A stretch of DNA of 64,000 bases from the NCBI GenBank assembly GCA_963676915.2, contig CAXXVK010000024.1:1-64000 (forward strand). The letters run 5' to 3'. Of this stretch, positions 10,252 to 20,756 are shown one piece after another; positions within the stretch are counted from its first letter, which is position 1, and the number at the start of each line of letters is the position of its first letter. Under the pieces are notes generated by a model. That model saw nothing but the letters and a program-made list of their open reading frames with translations, searched no databases and had not been told where the DNA came from. Origin of the DNA: Myxococcota bacterium. GTDB lineage: Bacteria > Myxococcota_A > SURF-8 > G963663525. A program made the translations under genes and the position numbers.

Positions 10252-11166
10252 ATGCACCTCGTCGGAGAGTACGAACGTCATCTTAAAGACGAGCGCAACC
10301 TCTCCGAGCGCACGGTTTCGTCCTACTTGAACGATCTTTGGCAGTTCATCTCATGGCTGGAAGACGAGCATCCCGCCTACACGGCGGAACATCGGATAGG
10401 ATCGGTTCCATTGGACCTCCTACGAAGCTACGTCGCGGGAATCTCCGAGCATCTTCAGCCCCGCAGTCTAGAACGAAAAATCGTGGTTTTGCGCTCTTTT
10501 TACGATTATCTGCTTCGCCGGGAATTGGCCACAGCCAACCCGGCGAAGCTTTTGCGACTTCCGAAAAAACGACGCAAACTGCCACAAACCATGAAAATCG
10601 ACGAGCTTTTCGGCATTCTCGACAGCGAGTTTCCCGACACGTCCCTCGGACATCGGGACCGTGCCATCTGGGAGTTGCTCTACGGATCGGGTTTGCGCGT
10701 CAGTGAGTTGACCGGATTGAATCTCGATCAACTCGATTTCACTCAAAAACGGGTTCGGGTTCTCGGCAAAGGAAGCAAGCAACGTGTCGTCCCGATGACA
10801 TCGGCCTCGGTGGAAGCCATCCGACGATACCTGCCGGATCGGCTAAAGCTTCTAGAAAAAGCCAAAGGTTCCAAGGAGTTGGATGCGGTATTCCTCAACT
10901 ACCGGGGGGGACGTCTGACCGCCCGGGGAATCCGAACGATTCTCGATCGAACCCTGTTACGGGCAGGGAGTTCCCGCAACATCGGCCCCCACGTTTTGCG
11001 CCACAGTTTCGCCACACATTTGCTGGATGCGGGCTTGGATCTGCGCACGATTCAGGAATTGCTGGGACACGAATCGCTTTCCACCACACAAAATTACACC
11101 CACGTAGGTTTGGCCCACCTGATGAAAGTCTACGACCAAGCCCACCCTCACGCAAAAAAGAAGTAA
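10252..11166 (+). CDS. xerC: Tyrosine recombinase XerC
   Basis: LLYGSGLRVSEL, GKGSKQR, HVLRHSFATH, LGHESLSTTQNYTH, AHPHA tail. Confidence 0.9.
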   Translation: MHLVGEYERHLKDERNLSERTVSSYLNDLWQFISWLEDEHPAYTAEHRIGSVPLDLLRSYVAGISEHLQPRSLERKIVVLRSFYDYLLRRELATANPAKLLRLPKKRRKLPQTMKIDELFGILDSEFPDTSLGHRDRAIWELLYGSGLRVSELTGLNLDQLDFTQKRVRVLGKGSKQRVVPMTSASVEAIRRYLPDRLKLLEKAKGSKELDAVFLNYRGGRLTARGIRTILDRTLLRAGSSRNIGPHVLRHSFATHLLDAGLDLRTIQELLGHESLSTTQNYTHVGLAHLMKVYDQAHPHAKKK

Positions 11167-11176
11167 ATTTCAGGGG

Positions 11177-13444
11177 TTACCGAACGACAAACCGTACCCA
11201 TGCTCCAGATGGACCCGTAGCGACATACTCATTTTCCGCGATCCTAAAGAGACGGTCTACTGATGGAAAACAATAACCGGTTTCTACCATGTCGAACTCG
11301 TTCACATGGTCAGAATTCTCTTCAAAAAGCCAAAAACAACCATCATCGTCCAATGAGGCAATGGGACCGTCTTCATCGAGGATCATTTGCACCGAAGAGG
11401 TTCTGTCAGAATCGGTACCGTTAATCGTCCATTGACCGATAAGGTCATTTTCTTCATCGAAAATCAATATTTTTTCGCCACAGGTCCAATACATAAGAGA
11501 ACCAACGACATCAAGATCAAGACATGAAAGGCTTTCTCCCCCTATGGGAATACCTATCACTTCTCCTTCTTCGAGAAGGCCATATCTAGACGATTTGTAC
11601 GTATAAAGAGATGTTGGTGCACGCGCAAAAAGTCGATAATAGTATTGATAGAGTGGATTATATTCAATACCTGTATTGAACCACATTTTTGCACCATCCA
11701 AATACCGATAATAGGAGAGGAGCCAGTAATCGGTAAGCAGCCCTGCGAACCCCTCTCCCGCCGTGGTAATTTCGGTGATCGAAGCATTGAAATCGACTGC
11801 AAACAGACGCTCCCAGCGGCTGTCATGTAACCTCCAGACCACACCTTCGTCCGTGGAGGTCGCCAGCACGTCGTTTTCCGACCATCCGCCCGTGGCGGCA
11901 TAGGTTGTGCCAATGGAAGGAGTCCCTAAAGGACGACAAGATGCTGTCTCCCAAGTACACCCGTCGGGATTGTGCATCAGCGGACTTCCCGGATACAACA
12001 TCCAGATTCCGCCTTCAGGTGAAACGTAGGTGTATAACCTCGAATACGATTTAGCCGAAGCATCAATAACCTGTCTCCAAGGCTCCAAACGATCCGATCG
12101 TTGAACGTCGAGCGGATACAGATCGACAAGGTAAGCTGACCCGTCTATGGAAAAACCTCGCAAGGAATAGTGATGCTCTACGGAATAATCCAGACTCGCC
12201 CATTGCCCATCTTGCGTTTGCGACCAGACCTTGTATCCTGTCGCATAATATTTTGCCTGATCGGTTTCCCTATAATGTCGAATCCACTGTACACCAGGAA
12301 TCACAATCGGCTCCTCGGAAAGAAAATTCCCATTCAGATCGTATTTCAAGAGCGTGTTCGACTCATTTTCGTAATCGTATTTAAAAATGGTAAAATGATC
12401 ACCGGATAGTGTGGGAAAGTAGTGAGTTGATGTTTGGCTGTAATCCTCAGGAAGCGTCGCCAACACCTTCATTTCCTGTACGTCGTCATCCCATGTTAGA
12501 TAATAGATGAGATCCTCATCACTGATCACTCTTTCACGTATTCCCAAAATGAACCTACCGTCATATTGAGGATAGGTCGCCACGATGCTTTGGTCATGTA
12601 AACTTATGATAGGATAGTTAATTTCCTTCCAAGAACCATCAAGATACACCTGAAAACTATCCTTACCGATCAAGAAAATATTGGACGTTTCTGTCGTGGT
12701 ATCGAAAGCAATTCCCTCCCATGTGGAGGCAAAGGGGCTCGGCAAGCTGTTATCGGCTACAACCCAATGCAACGTGGCATCGTTTAGATCCCAATATCCC
12801 AAATGGTCTTTTTCGGTAACGAACCAGTACTCCGCCGTTCCCTGTTTGAATGTCGCCTTGTCGATTTTTTCGTATTGTGCAAACGGCATGACGAGTTGAG
12901 TGAAGCGTCTTTCCTCACCGACCGTGCAAAACAACGCATCAGTGGTAACAAAACAAAAACGATGATCATCTCCCAGAACGAAAATATCTTCTCTACTGAT
13001 ATTCGAAATACCCCAGTTTGATGGATACGAGTACCAATCGATAGGAGAATATTCCTGACAAGCCCCCGTTCTTTCTTCCGCTACCGGTGTTAAGTTCACT
13101 TGTTGGGACAACAGACAGTCTTCGTATCCCTGATCGATATCCGACTCTTCTTCCTCGGACAAATCGTTTTCCTCGGCATCATCGAAAACGTCCGCATCTT
13201 CATCGGCATCGTTTTCGATCTCTTCAGCCCAATCCTCTGTTTCGTCTCGATCTCGTTCGAAAAGGCTGTCTTCCTCTTCCTCGGTGTCACCTTCGGGAAT
13301 TTCATCGACATCCGCATTGGAATCAATGGTCTCGCGATCCTCATCCGTATCGGAAATGAAAGTCGCGTCACTTGTGTCGGAACAAGCGAATAGAATCAAA
13401 CATAAAATGCCGACTATCGGGTAATATCCAACACGTCGTTTCAT
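11177..13444 (-). CDS. Lipoprotein with acidic stalk and probable beta-propeller domain
   Basis: Lipobox ILFAC, long D/E-rich linker, Trp/Gly/aromatic beta-strand repeats; the fold is inference. Confidence 0.7.
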   Translation of the reverse strand: MKRRVGYYPIVGILCLILFACSDTSDATFISDTDEDRETIDSNADVDEIPEGDTEEEEDSLFERDRDETEDWAEEIENDADEDADVFDDAEENDLSEEEESDIDQGYEDCLLSQQVNLTPVAEERTGACQEYSPIDWYSYPSNWGISNISREDIFVLGDDHRFCFVTTDALFCTVGEERRFTQLVMPFAQYEKIDKATFKQGTAEYWFVTEKDHLGYWDLNDATLHWVVADNSLPSPFASTWEGIAFDTTTETSNIFLIGKDSFQVYLDGSWKEINYPIISLHDQSIVATYPQYDGRFILGIRERVISDEDLIYYLTWDDDVQEMKVLATLPEDYSQTSTHYFPTLSGDHFTIFKYDYENESNTLLKYDLNGNFLSEEPIVIPGVQWIRHYRETDQAKYYATGYKVWSQTQDGQWASLDYSVEHHYSLRGFSIDGSAYLVDLYPLDVQRSDRLEPWRQVIDASAKSYSRLYTYVSPEGGIWMLYPGSPLMHNPDGCTWETASCRPLGTPSIGTTYAATGGWSENDVLATSTDEGVVWRLHDSRWERLFAVDFNASITEITTAGEGFAGLLTDYWLLSYYRYLDGAKMWFNTGIEYNPLYQYYYRLFARAPTSLYTYKSSRYGLLEEGEVIGIPIGGESLSCLDLDVVGSLMYWTCGEKILIFDEENDLIGQWTINGTDSDRTSSVQMILDEDGPIASLDDDGCFWLFEENSDHVNEFDMVETGYCFPSVDRLFRIAENEYVATGPSGAWVRFVVR

Positions 13445-13525
13445 TTCACTACCCACACGCTATTAGTGAATAAGAACTTATTCCAATACTAGCACAGTGA
13501 TTTTCTTTATTGAAAAACTTTCGGA

Positions 13526-14911
13526 TTATTTCCCAACGATTGCAATCCACTCTTCGGCTTTTCGGGCAATGTCCCGTTTTGCGATCCGTTGCAAAATTTC
13601 CCGATGCAGATTGATTTGAATTCCATATTGGCGAAATACGCCTCGAAGGCTGGCGATGACCCTTAACGTAAAAAGCGCGTTGGATGGCGGCATCAACTGA
13701 ACCAGGGACGGGAATTTTTTATACAATGACATCAATCGCTTACGTAAAGCCCATTGTGTAAAATCAAAAGCTTCATCCGTAACGAAAGGTTCCAGAATGA
13801 TTTCATGCAGACTGCGTAACGCCTTTTGAGGAATTCCGATCACCGGAAGCTGAAACCCCAAGCGTCGATAGGGAATATCCAGAGCATCCCAACGTTTTTC
13901 CATTTGCAAAAACACCAGCATCAGGAAACCATCGGTAAATTCTTCCTCGAAACGTTTGGTCGAACCGAAATCGAGCAACACGAGGTTGCCCTGCTCGTCG
14001 TACAGATAATTTCCCGGATGCGGATCGGTATGCAGAAGCTGTAGATCGAAAAACATGTCAAACAGCAGTCCGCACCACTGCAACGCCAGGCGGTTGCGCT
14101 CGGCACCGACCGGCAACGACTGGAATTTTCTATCGATTTTTACGCCTTCGCATAAATCCATCACAAAGGCACGATCACGCACGAAGTCATCGTATGGGCA
14201 CGGAACCCGAACGCCGGGCCAGTCGGCCATTCGCTCGTGGAATTCCTTCATGGTACGGGCTTCCTCGCGATAATCGCCTTCACGAAGCATCATTCGCTTG
14301 ATTTCACCAAGATACTGGTTGCGCATGTCGGAATCGGTGAATCCGTGAACCAATCGGAGAATCGCCCCGAGGTTTTTCATATCGCTGTCCAAAGCGTCCA
14401 TGATTCCGGGATATTGTACCTTTACGGCCACCCGTCGCCCATCGAACAGTTCGGCGCGATGAACCTGCCCGATGGAAGCCGCTCCCAACGGTTCGGGATC
14501 GAAATAGCGAAAAAGCTGGTCCAACGGACGGTCGTAAGCCCGTTCGACCTGGGCTGCCAAGGTGGGATAATCCATGGCGGGTGCATCGCTTTGCAACTCG
14601 GCGAATACTTGGGCGAATTCCTCGGAAATGATTCCCGGCGTCATCGAAAGACTTTGGCCGACTTTCATCATCGCGCCTTTCAAGTCCCCCATCGCATCGG
14701 TAAAACTGCGAGCGTTTTTCAGTTTCGTTTTTTGTTGAAGTTTTTCGAACTGTTCGTCCGACAAAAGCATACCGGCGAGTTTTTCGGCGGCCAGGCGTGT
14801 CCCGGCACCGGTCAAAACACTTCCCATTTTGACCATTCGTCGGAATTTCCCCGTTGAGGAATGCCGTCTGGAGGTTTTCGAGCCTCCGTTTTGATGATCG
14901 TCTTTCGTCAT
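13526..14911 (-). CDS. AarF/ABC1/UbiB family kinase
   Basis: LKGAMMKVGQ, AASIGQVH, VAVKVQYPG, HTDPHPGN, LLDFG. Confidence 0.93.
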   Translation of the reverse strand: MTKDDHQNGGSKTSRRHSSTGKFRRMVKMGSVLTGAGTRLAAEKLAGMLLSDEQFEKLQQKTKLKNARSFTDAMGDLKGAMMKVGQSLSMTPGIISEEFAQVFAELQSDAPAMDYPTLAAQVERAYDRPLDQLFRYFDPEPLGAASIGQVHRAELFDGRRVAVKVQYPGIMDALDSDMKNLGAILRLVHGFTDSDMRNQYLGEIKRMMLREGDYREEARTMKEFHERMADWPGVRVPCPYDDFVRDRAFVMDLCEGVKIDRKFQSLPVGAERNRLALQWCGLLFDMFFDLQLLHTDPHPGNYLYDEQGNLVLLDFGSTKRFEEEFTDGFLMLVFLQMEKRWDALDIPYRRLGFQLPVIGIPQKALRSLHEIILEPFVTDEAFDFTQWALRKRLMSLYKKFPSLVQLMPPSNALFTLRVIASLRGVFRQYGIQINLHREILQRIAKRDIARKAEEWIAIVGK

Positions 14912-15167
14912 TTCCTTTCCCGGCTGACGTCTTTGTCCAGGATATCATTTTTCCCCATAAAGTAAAATCATCCCACCAAGGCGATCAGGACGATTCCGTT
15001 TAAAATTTGCCCAAACCTGTTCTTTAAGAAAAGAATGATTGCTCGGATCTTGATGAACGATCATTTATCCAACCACCAATTGAAAACGCACCGGATACAC
15101 GTAATGAGCATACTCCTTGGACTGGCGTTCAAGTTGTGATACACCTTCGGGCGAAGGAGTACGAACG

Positions 15168-17045
15168 GTGAACGATACGAAAATACAAGTGCTTTCGGAA
15201 GACATGGCGAACCGCATCGCGGCGGGTGAGGTCGTCGAACGTCCCGCCTCCGTGGTCAAGGAACTGGTGGAAAACGCCATCGACGCCGGAGCGGACGATA
15301 TCCGCATCGAAATCGAGCAGGCCGGTAAACGTCGCATCACGGTCACCGACAACGGCTGCGGCATGTCGTTCGAAGACGCCGTGCTGGCACTCCGTCGCCA
15401 CGCCACCAGCAAAATCCGACACGAAGAAGACCTTTTCGGAATCGGTACGTTGGGTTTTCGTGGAGAGGCGCTGCCGTCGATCGCTTCGGTGTCCCGCTTC
15501 ACGATGACCTCTTGCACGGGTGAAGGCTCGGGGGTGATCGTCAAAGTAGAAGGCGGCTCCTTGCGTGAAAAAGGCGAAGTCGGAGCAGCGCGAGGGACGA
15601 CCATCGAGGTGGAGGATCTGTTTTTCAACACTCCGGCACGACGGAAATTCCTTAAATCCGATGCCGCCGAAACGAGCCGCATTTCGGAGGTCTGCACGGC
15701 GCAAGCGCTGGCACATCGGAACATCCGCTTTTCGCTGCGCCACAATCTCCACGAGATTTTCACAGCCCCAGCCACCGAAGACCTTTCCGAGCGCGTCGCC
15801 GCTGTGCTCGGACGCAAGATTTTCCCGAAACTGTTTCCCGTAGCCTCGCAACAGGGCCGATGGATTCTCGAAGGCATGGTGTCCATGCCCGACTACACCC
15901 GGCCCAATTCCACCGGGATTCGGCTGTTCGTCAACGGGCGATCCATCCAGGATCGTTCCCTGGTCTACGCCATCACTTCGTCATATGGCAACATGCTGGA
16001 ATCACGACGCTTTCCCGTCGCCATACTCCTGCTGACGCTGCCTTTGGACGAGGTTGACGTGAACGTCCACCCGACCAAGGCCGAAGTCCGTTTCGGCGAT
16101 CCTCGCGGTGTGTACCGCTTCCTTCACGAAGCCCTGCGCGAAAACCTCGGTTCGGCGCCCTGGATCGGCGATGGAAAATCCCTGCTGTTTTCAAGTGGCG
16201 AAGCAACGAAAACCGAGTCGTTTCCAACGGCTCCACTTCCCAAAAGCTTCGGATCGTCTCCCTTCGTTCGACCTGCTTCGGGACGAGGTGTGGAAGAAGC
16301 CTTGCTGGCCTACGAGCGAAAACGCCTTGCCGGAGAACGCCAGGGAAATTTCAACCTTCCGCCTTCGGTGCGTAGTGCGGCGATTTCCGAGCCGAAACCG
16401 TCGCAGTACGTTCCGACTCATTTTCACGATTGCACACCGGAAGACCTTCCTCCCGAGGGTTTCTTTTCGAGACTCGACGTTCTGGGACAGATCGACCGCA
16501 CCTATCTGCTGTGTAGATCATCCAAAGGGTTGGTGATCGTCGATCAGCACGCAGCCCACGAACGGGTAACGTTTGAAAAACTCAAAGAATCCTACGATCG
16601 AGGCAGCATCTCCATGCAACTGATGCTTCTGCCTGTGACGGTCGAATTGGAACCGTCTCGCGCCGCCGCCCTGCCCGACGCGCTACCCTTGCTCAAAGAA
16701 TTGGGGTTCGAAGTCGAACCGTTTGGCGGGCAAACAGCGGTGATCAAAGCCATTCCGCAATTGATTTCGAAAGCCGATCCCGAACGGACCCTGACCGATT
16801 TGCTGGATGACCTTGCCGAATCGGGAGCCAGCCGATCCACGCGGGACGCCGTGGAACAGAGATTGGCAACCATGGCCTGCCACGCCTCGACCCGTGGAGG
16901 AGATGAATTGAACGCCGAACAGATCCGCGCCTTGCTTCAAAGCATGGATCGCATCGATTTCGCGGGCAATTGCCCTCACGGTCGTCCCGTGTATCTGGAA
17001 ATCGGCTACGATGAATTGGAAAAACGCTTCGGCAGAATGGGTTGA
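15168..17045 (+). CDS. mutL: DNA mismatch repair endonuclease MutL
   Basis: IAAGEVVERPASVVKELVEN, GFRGEAL, DVNVHPTK, DQHAAHER, ACH, CPHGRP; GTG start after GAAGGAG. Confidence 0.98.
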   Translation: MNDTKIQVLSEDMANRIAAGEVVERPASVVKELVENAIDAGADDIRIEIEQAGKRRITVTDNGCGMSFEDAVLALRRHATSKIRHEEDLFGIGTLGFRGEALPSIASVSRFTMTSCTGEGSGVIVKVEGGSLREKGEVGAARGTTIEVEDLFFNTPARRKFLKSDAAETSRISEVCTAQALAHRNIRFSLRHNLHEIFTAPATEDLSERVAAVLGRKIFPKLFPVASQQGRWILEGMVSMPDYTRPNSTGIRLFVNGRSIQDRSLVYAITSSYGNMLESRRFPVAILLLTLPLDEVDVNVHPTKAEVRFGDPRGVYRFLHEALRENLGSAPWIGDGKSLLFSSGEATKTESFPTAPLPKSFGSSPFVRPASGRGVEEALLAYERKRLAGERQGNFNLPPSVRSAAISEPKPSQYVPTHFHDCTPEDLPPEGFFSRLDVLGQIDRTYLLCRSSKGLVIVDQHAAHERVTFEKLKESYDRGSISMQLMLLPVTVELEPSRAAALPDALPLLKELGFEVEPFGGQTAVIKAIPQLISKADPERTLTDLLDDLAESGASRSTRDAVEQRLATMACHASTRGGDELNAEQIRALLQSMDRIDFAGNCPHGRPVYLEIGYDELEKRFGRMG

Positions 17046-17099
17046 CAGACTCTCCGGGATCGGGGATAGTCCGCAAAATTTTTGGATTGGGGAATAGTT

Positions 17100-18140
17100 A
17101 TGAATTTCGTCGATGAAGTGACGGTTCAAATCAAAGCGGGAAACGGAGGCAACGGATGCTCTTCCTTTCGCCGGGAATCCCACGTCCCGAAAGGTGGCCC
17201 GGACGGCGGCGACGGCGGCAAGGGAGGCAACGTGGTGTTTCTCGTGGACGAACAGTTGTCCACACTGATGGACCTGCGCTTTCGGCGACATCTGAGGGCC
17301 GAAAACGGTCGCCCCGGACTGGGAAACAACAAAACCGGGCGTTCCGGCAAAGATATCATTGTCCGCGTGCCTCCCGGCTCCATGGTCTACGATCTCGAAA
17401 CCGGCGATTTGCTGCGGGATCTGGTTCAGCCGGGCGAAAAATATATCGTGGCCAAAGGCGGCGACGGCGGACGCGGCAACACTCGCTTCGCCACATCTCG
17501 CAACAGGGTGCCTCGTCGCTGCGATCCGGGCTATCCCGGTGTAGAGCGCGAGGTGCGAATCGAGCTGAAAATCCTGGCGGACGTGGCTGTCATCGGCTAT
17601 CCGAACGTGGGAAAATCCACTTTGATTCGCAAGGTTAGCAACGCCACGCCCCGAGTGGCCGACTACCCCTTCACAACCCTGATTCCCAACCTCGGAGTGG
17701 TCGCCGTGGACAGCAGCCGTGAATTCGTTATGGCGGATATCCCCGGACTGATCGACGGAGCCGCCAAAGGCGAAGGACTGGGACACCGCTTCTTGCGCCA
17801 CGTCGAACGCTGCAAAATCCTGCTGCATCTCGTCGAAGTGGAAGCCACACGCAACGATCCGCTGGACGACTACCGACGAATCAACCACGAGTTGCACGCC
17901 TACTCCCCGGAGCTTTCTCGTAAAAAACAGCTTGTAGCGCTAAATAAAATCGATTTGTATCCCGACGAGGAAACGATCCTTCCTTTGAAGCAGGAATTGG
18001 AAAACCAGGGACAAAAACTGTTCGAAATCAGCGGGGCCAGCGGCGCAGGCATCCCCGAGTTGCTGCAAGCGCTGTACGAGGACATTCAGCCGGAAGAACC
18101 ACCCGAACCGGAGGGGGAATGGAACCCGCTGGATTACTAG
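17100..18140 (+). CDS. obgE: GTPase ObgE/CgtA
   Basis: FVDEV, GGPDGGDGG, GYPNVGKS, YPFTTL, DIPGL, NKID. Confidence 0.98.
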   Translation: MNFVDEVTVQIKAGNGGNGCSSFRRESHVPKGGPDGGDGGKGGNVVFLVDEQLSTLMDLRFRRHLRAENGRPGLGNNKTGRSGKDIIVRVPPGSMVYDLETGDLLRDLVQPGEKYIVAKGGDGGRGNTRFATSRNRVPRRCDPGYPGVEREVRIELKILADVAVIGYPNVGKSTLIRKVSNATPRVADYPFTTLIPNLGVVAVDSSREFVMADIPGLIDGAAKGEGLGHRFLRHVERCKILLHLVEVEATRNDPLDDYRRINHELHAYSPELSRKKQLVALNKIDLYPDEETILPLKQELENQGQKLFEISGASGAGIPELLQALYEDIQPEEPPEPEGEWNPLDY

Positions 18141-18247
18141 GAGATAATTGAGCCAAAAAACGATTGATATAGAAAAAGACCCTATCTTCCTAAAATATAG
18201 TCACACTACAAGCAAAGATAGAAGTTTTGTAAAATGGAGATTTATTA

Positions 18248-19276
18248 ATGCCTGGTCGAATCGCATCCCTCGATATTTTGAGAGGGATAGCCATAATTGC
18301 CGTCGTTGCGGGCCATTCATCCCACATTGGAGTACAAGCTCCCGACAACCGAATCAACCTTTATTTTACAATGTTCTGGCGACAAGTATTAACGGTTTGC
18401 GTCCCTCTGTTTATTGCTACTTCAGGCTATCTATCGGTCAAGAAAACGATCGCCTCTTCCGATGAATATTTTTCTTTTGTGAAAAGACAGGTTCCAAGAG
18501 TTTATATCCCGTTTTTCATCTGGTCGTTGGCGTGGTTTGCCTTGCAAGTGTTCGTTCAAGGCAGCGCGATAACTCATGAATTGTATAAATTGATTACTTT
18601 TCAATCCAGCAGTCCGTATTATTTCATAGCTTTGATCATCCAATACTATCTTTTACTTCCCGTTCTCAAACGTTTCGCGAACATCAAAGGACTGATTCTC
18701 TGCGCATTGATAAGTATCGCAATGACCTGGTTGTTGTTTTATGTGCAATATTACACCGATACGCAATTGCCACTGATCGTCCGATACGGTAATTTTCTAA
18801 CCTGGATACTGTTTTTCGTTCTTGGGTTGTACCTTGGTTCATCGGAGCACCTTATCAACATCCCAAATAAAGTTCTAGGTAGTTTGGTTGTCGTTTTATA
18901 TCTGCTTTCCTGTGCCGAATCATTCACCCTTTATTCCATATTCCATCAGGCAGAACCAGCGACAACGATGGCAAAAACATCAACGTTTCTGTATTCAGCG
19001 GCTCTCATTGTTTTCCTTTTCAAGAATAAAGATCTTATCAGATCTACAGTATTGAAGCATATTGGGAAAGTATCGTTTGGACTCTACCTCATACATATGT
19101 TTGCATTAGTGTTCTTGCATCGGATGATTATACGGTTCTCTCCCTCTATGCTGGATATTCAACCTTTGTACCAATTCGTCCTTACCGTAACGATCCTATT
19201 GATAAGTTACACGTTCATCGTGATAAGCAATAGATTGATCTCTCCAGGCAAAAGCAAAATTTTGGGGTTTAAATAG
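18248..19276 (+). CDS. Acyltransferase 3 family membrane O-acyltransferase (AT-rich gene)
   Basis: RIASLDILRGIAIIAVVAGH, VPLFIATSGY, YYFI, SFGLYLIH. Confidence 0.9.
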   Translation: MPGRIASLDILRGIAIIAVVAGHSSHIGVQAPDNRINLYFTMFWRQVLTVCVPLFIATSGYLSVKKTIASSDEYFSFVKRQVPRVYIPFFIWSLAWFALQVFVQGSAITHELYKLITFQSSSPYYFIALIIQYYLLLPVLKRFANIKGLILCALISIAMTWLLFYVQYYTDTQLPLIVRYGNFLTWILFFVLGLYLGSSEHLINIPNKVLGSLVVVLYLLSCAESFTLYSIFHQAEPATTMAKTSTFLYSAALIVFLFKNKDLIRSTVLKHIGKVSFGLYLIHMFALVFLHRMIIRFSPSMLDIQPLYQFVLTVTILLISYTFIVISNRLISPGKSKILGFK

Positions 19277-19356
19277 AGAGTTCGAACATTTTTAAAATAT
19301 GCTTCTGAACCGTAGATTTTGAAAACATCGAACATTCATCACCATCGGCAAAATTC

Positions 19357-20754
19357 ATGACGCATTCTTCGAAAACAACCAACGAAACGACAACAGCCAA
19401 AGCCGGGTTGTATATCCGAACCTACGGCTGCCAGATGAACATCTACGATTCCCGGCGGATGTCGGAATTTCTGGCCGATGCGTATCAACGTGTCGATACA
19501 CCCGATGAAGCCGAGCTGATCATCGTCAACACCTGTTCGGTACGCGAGGGACCGCAGCACAAGGTTTACGCCGAACTGAACCGCCTGTCCGACGTGAAAA
19601 AGCACCGTCCCAACGCGATTCTCGCAGTCTGCGGCTGCGTGGCTCAACAGGAAAAAGACAAGATGTTTCAAAAGGTTCCGGCGCTGGATCTCTGCTTCGG
19701 ACCCGACGCCGTACCGCACATCAGGGAATTGGTCGAGCAGGTCAAGGCAGAAGGAAAGACTCGCGATACGCGATTCATCAAGGGCGGTTTTCATCTGGAA
19801 ATGCAGGACGCGCCTCTTTCGCTGGAGACGGTCGAAGGCAGCCCCGTCACGGAGTTCGTAGCCATTCAGAAAGGCTGCAACAAGTTCTGCTCCTACTGCA
19901 TCGTACCGTACACACGAGGGCGCGAAAAAAGCCGCCCGGTGGAAGAAATCCTGGATGAAATGGCCTGGCTGGCCGAAGGGGGAGTCCTCGAAGTGACGCT
20001 GCTGGGGCAGAACGTCAATGCCTACGGTTTGGATTTCGGTGACGAGCACGGCTTTTCAACCCTGCTGCGCCGTGCCGCCGAGGTTCCCGGCATCGAGCGC
20101 GTCCGCTTCGTAACCTCGCACCCGGCGCACATCAACGAAACCTTTGCCAAAACCATGGCCGAGCTACCCAAAATCTGTCCATACCTGCATCTTCCGATTC
20201 AAGCCGGCAACGACCGCGTGTTGGAAGCCATGAACCGAGGCTACACCCGAAGCCAATACATGAAACATATCGAGATGTTACGCCGCTATATGCCGGATTT
20301 GGCCTTGTCGGGCGACATCATCGTAGGCTTTCCCGGCGAAACCGAAGCGGAGTTTCTAGAGACGATGGACGCCATCGAGGAGATCCGCTACGAAAGCCTG
20401 TTTTCCTTCGTCTATTCCGCACGTCCCGGCACCAAGGCCGCCAAACTGGAAGACCCCGTACCAAGAGAGGAAAAATTCAAGTGGTTACGGGAACTTCAAG
20501 AGCATCAAAAGCGCATCACCCATGAAATCAACGAAAGCTATCTGGGCAGCCAACAGGAAGTGCTTGTCGAGGGGCATTCCAAAAAATCCGCCGTCGAATG
20601 GATGGGCCGCACGCCGTCGAATAAAATCGTCAACTTCCCCGCAGAAGGCGCGAAGGTCGGGGACATCGTAACGGTGCGCATCACCGAAGCGATGCCCAAC
20701 ACACTGCGCGGCGAATGTCTGAACATCCGAAAGACCAGCGATTCCAAAATGTAA
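19357..20754 (+). CDS. miaB: tRNA-2-methylthio-N6-dimethylallyladenosine synthase
   Basis: TYGCQMN, NTCSVRE, GCVAQ, radical SAM GCNKFCSYC, DIIVGFPGET, C-terminal TRAM domain. Confidence 0.97.
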   Translation: MTHSSKTTNETTTAKAGLYIRTYGCQMNIYDSRRMSEFLADAYQRVDTPDEAELIIVNTCSVREGPQHKVYAELNRLSDVKKHRPNAILAVCGCVAQQEKDKMFQKVPALDLCFGPDAVPHIRELVEQVKAEGKTRDTRFIKGGFHLEMQDAPLSLETVEGSPVTEFVAIQKGCNKFCSYCIVPYTRGREKSRPVEEILDEMAWLAEGGVLEVTLLGQNVNAYGLDFGDEHGFSTLLRRAAEVPGIERVRFVTSHPAHINETFAKTMAELPKICPYLHLPIQAGNDRVLEAMNRGYTRSQYMKHIEMLRRYMPDLALSGDIIVGFPGETEAEFLETMDAIEEIRYESLFSFVYSARPGTKAAKLEDPVPREEKFKWLRELQEHQKRITHEINESYLGSQQEVLVEGHSKKSAVEWMGRTPSNKIVNFPAEGAKVGDIVTVRITEAMPNTLRGECLNIRKTSDSKM

Positions 20755-20756
20755 CC

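Noticed and set aside
10252-11166. Phage integrase or integron integrase
   Set aside because: Length and motifs fit chromosomal XerC; no IntI insertion, att sites or phage genes
13461-13490. Possible dif site near xerC
   Set aside because: The TAA/TTA arms are separated by 4 nt rather than 6, and there is no TTATGTTAAAT XerD arm
16683-17897. 404-aa minus-strand ORF (and similar shadows over metG, aspC and the GAF gene)
   Set aside because: Antisense to well-supported genes; no motifs
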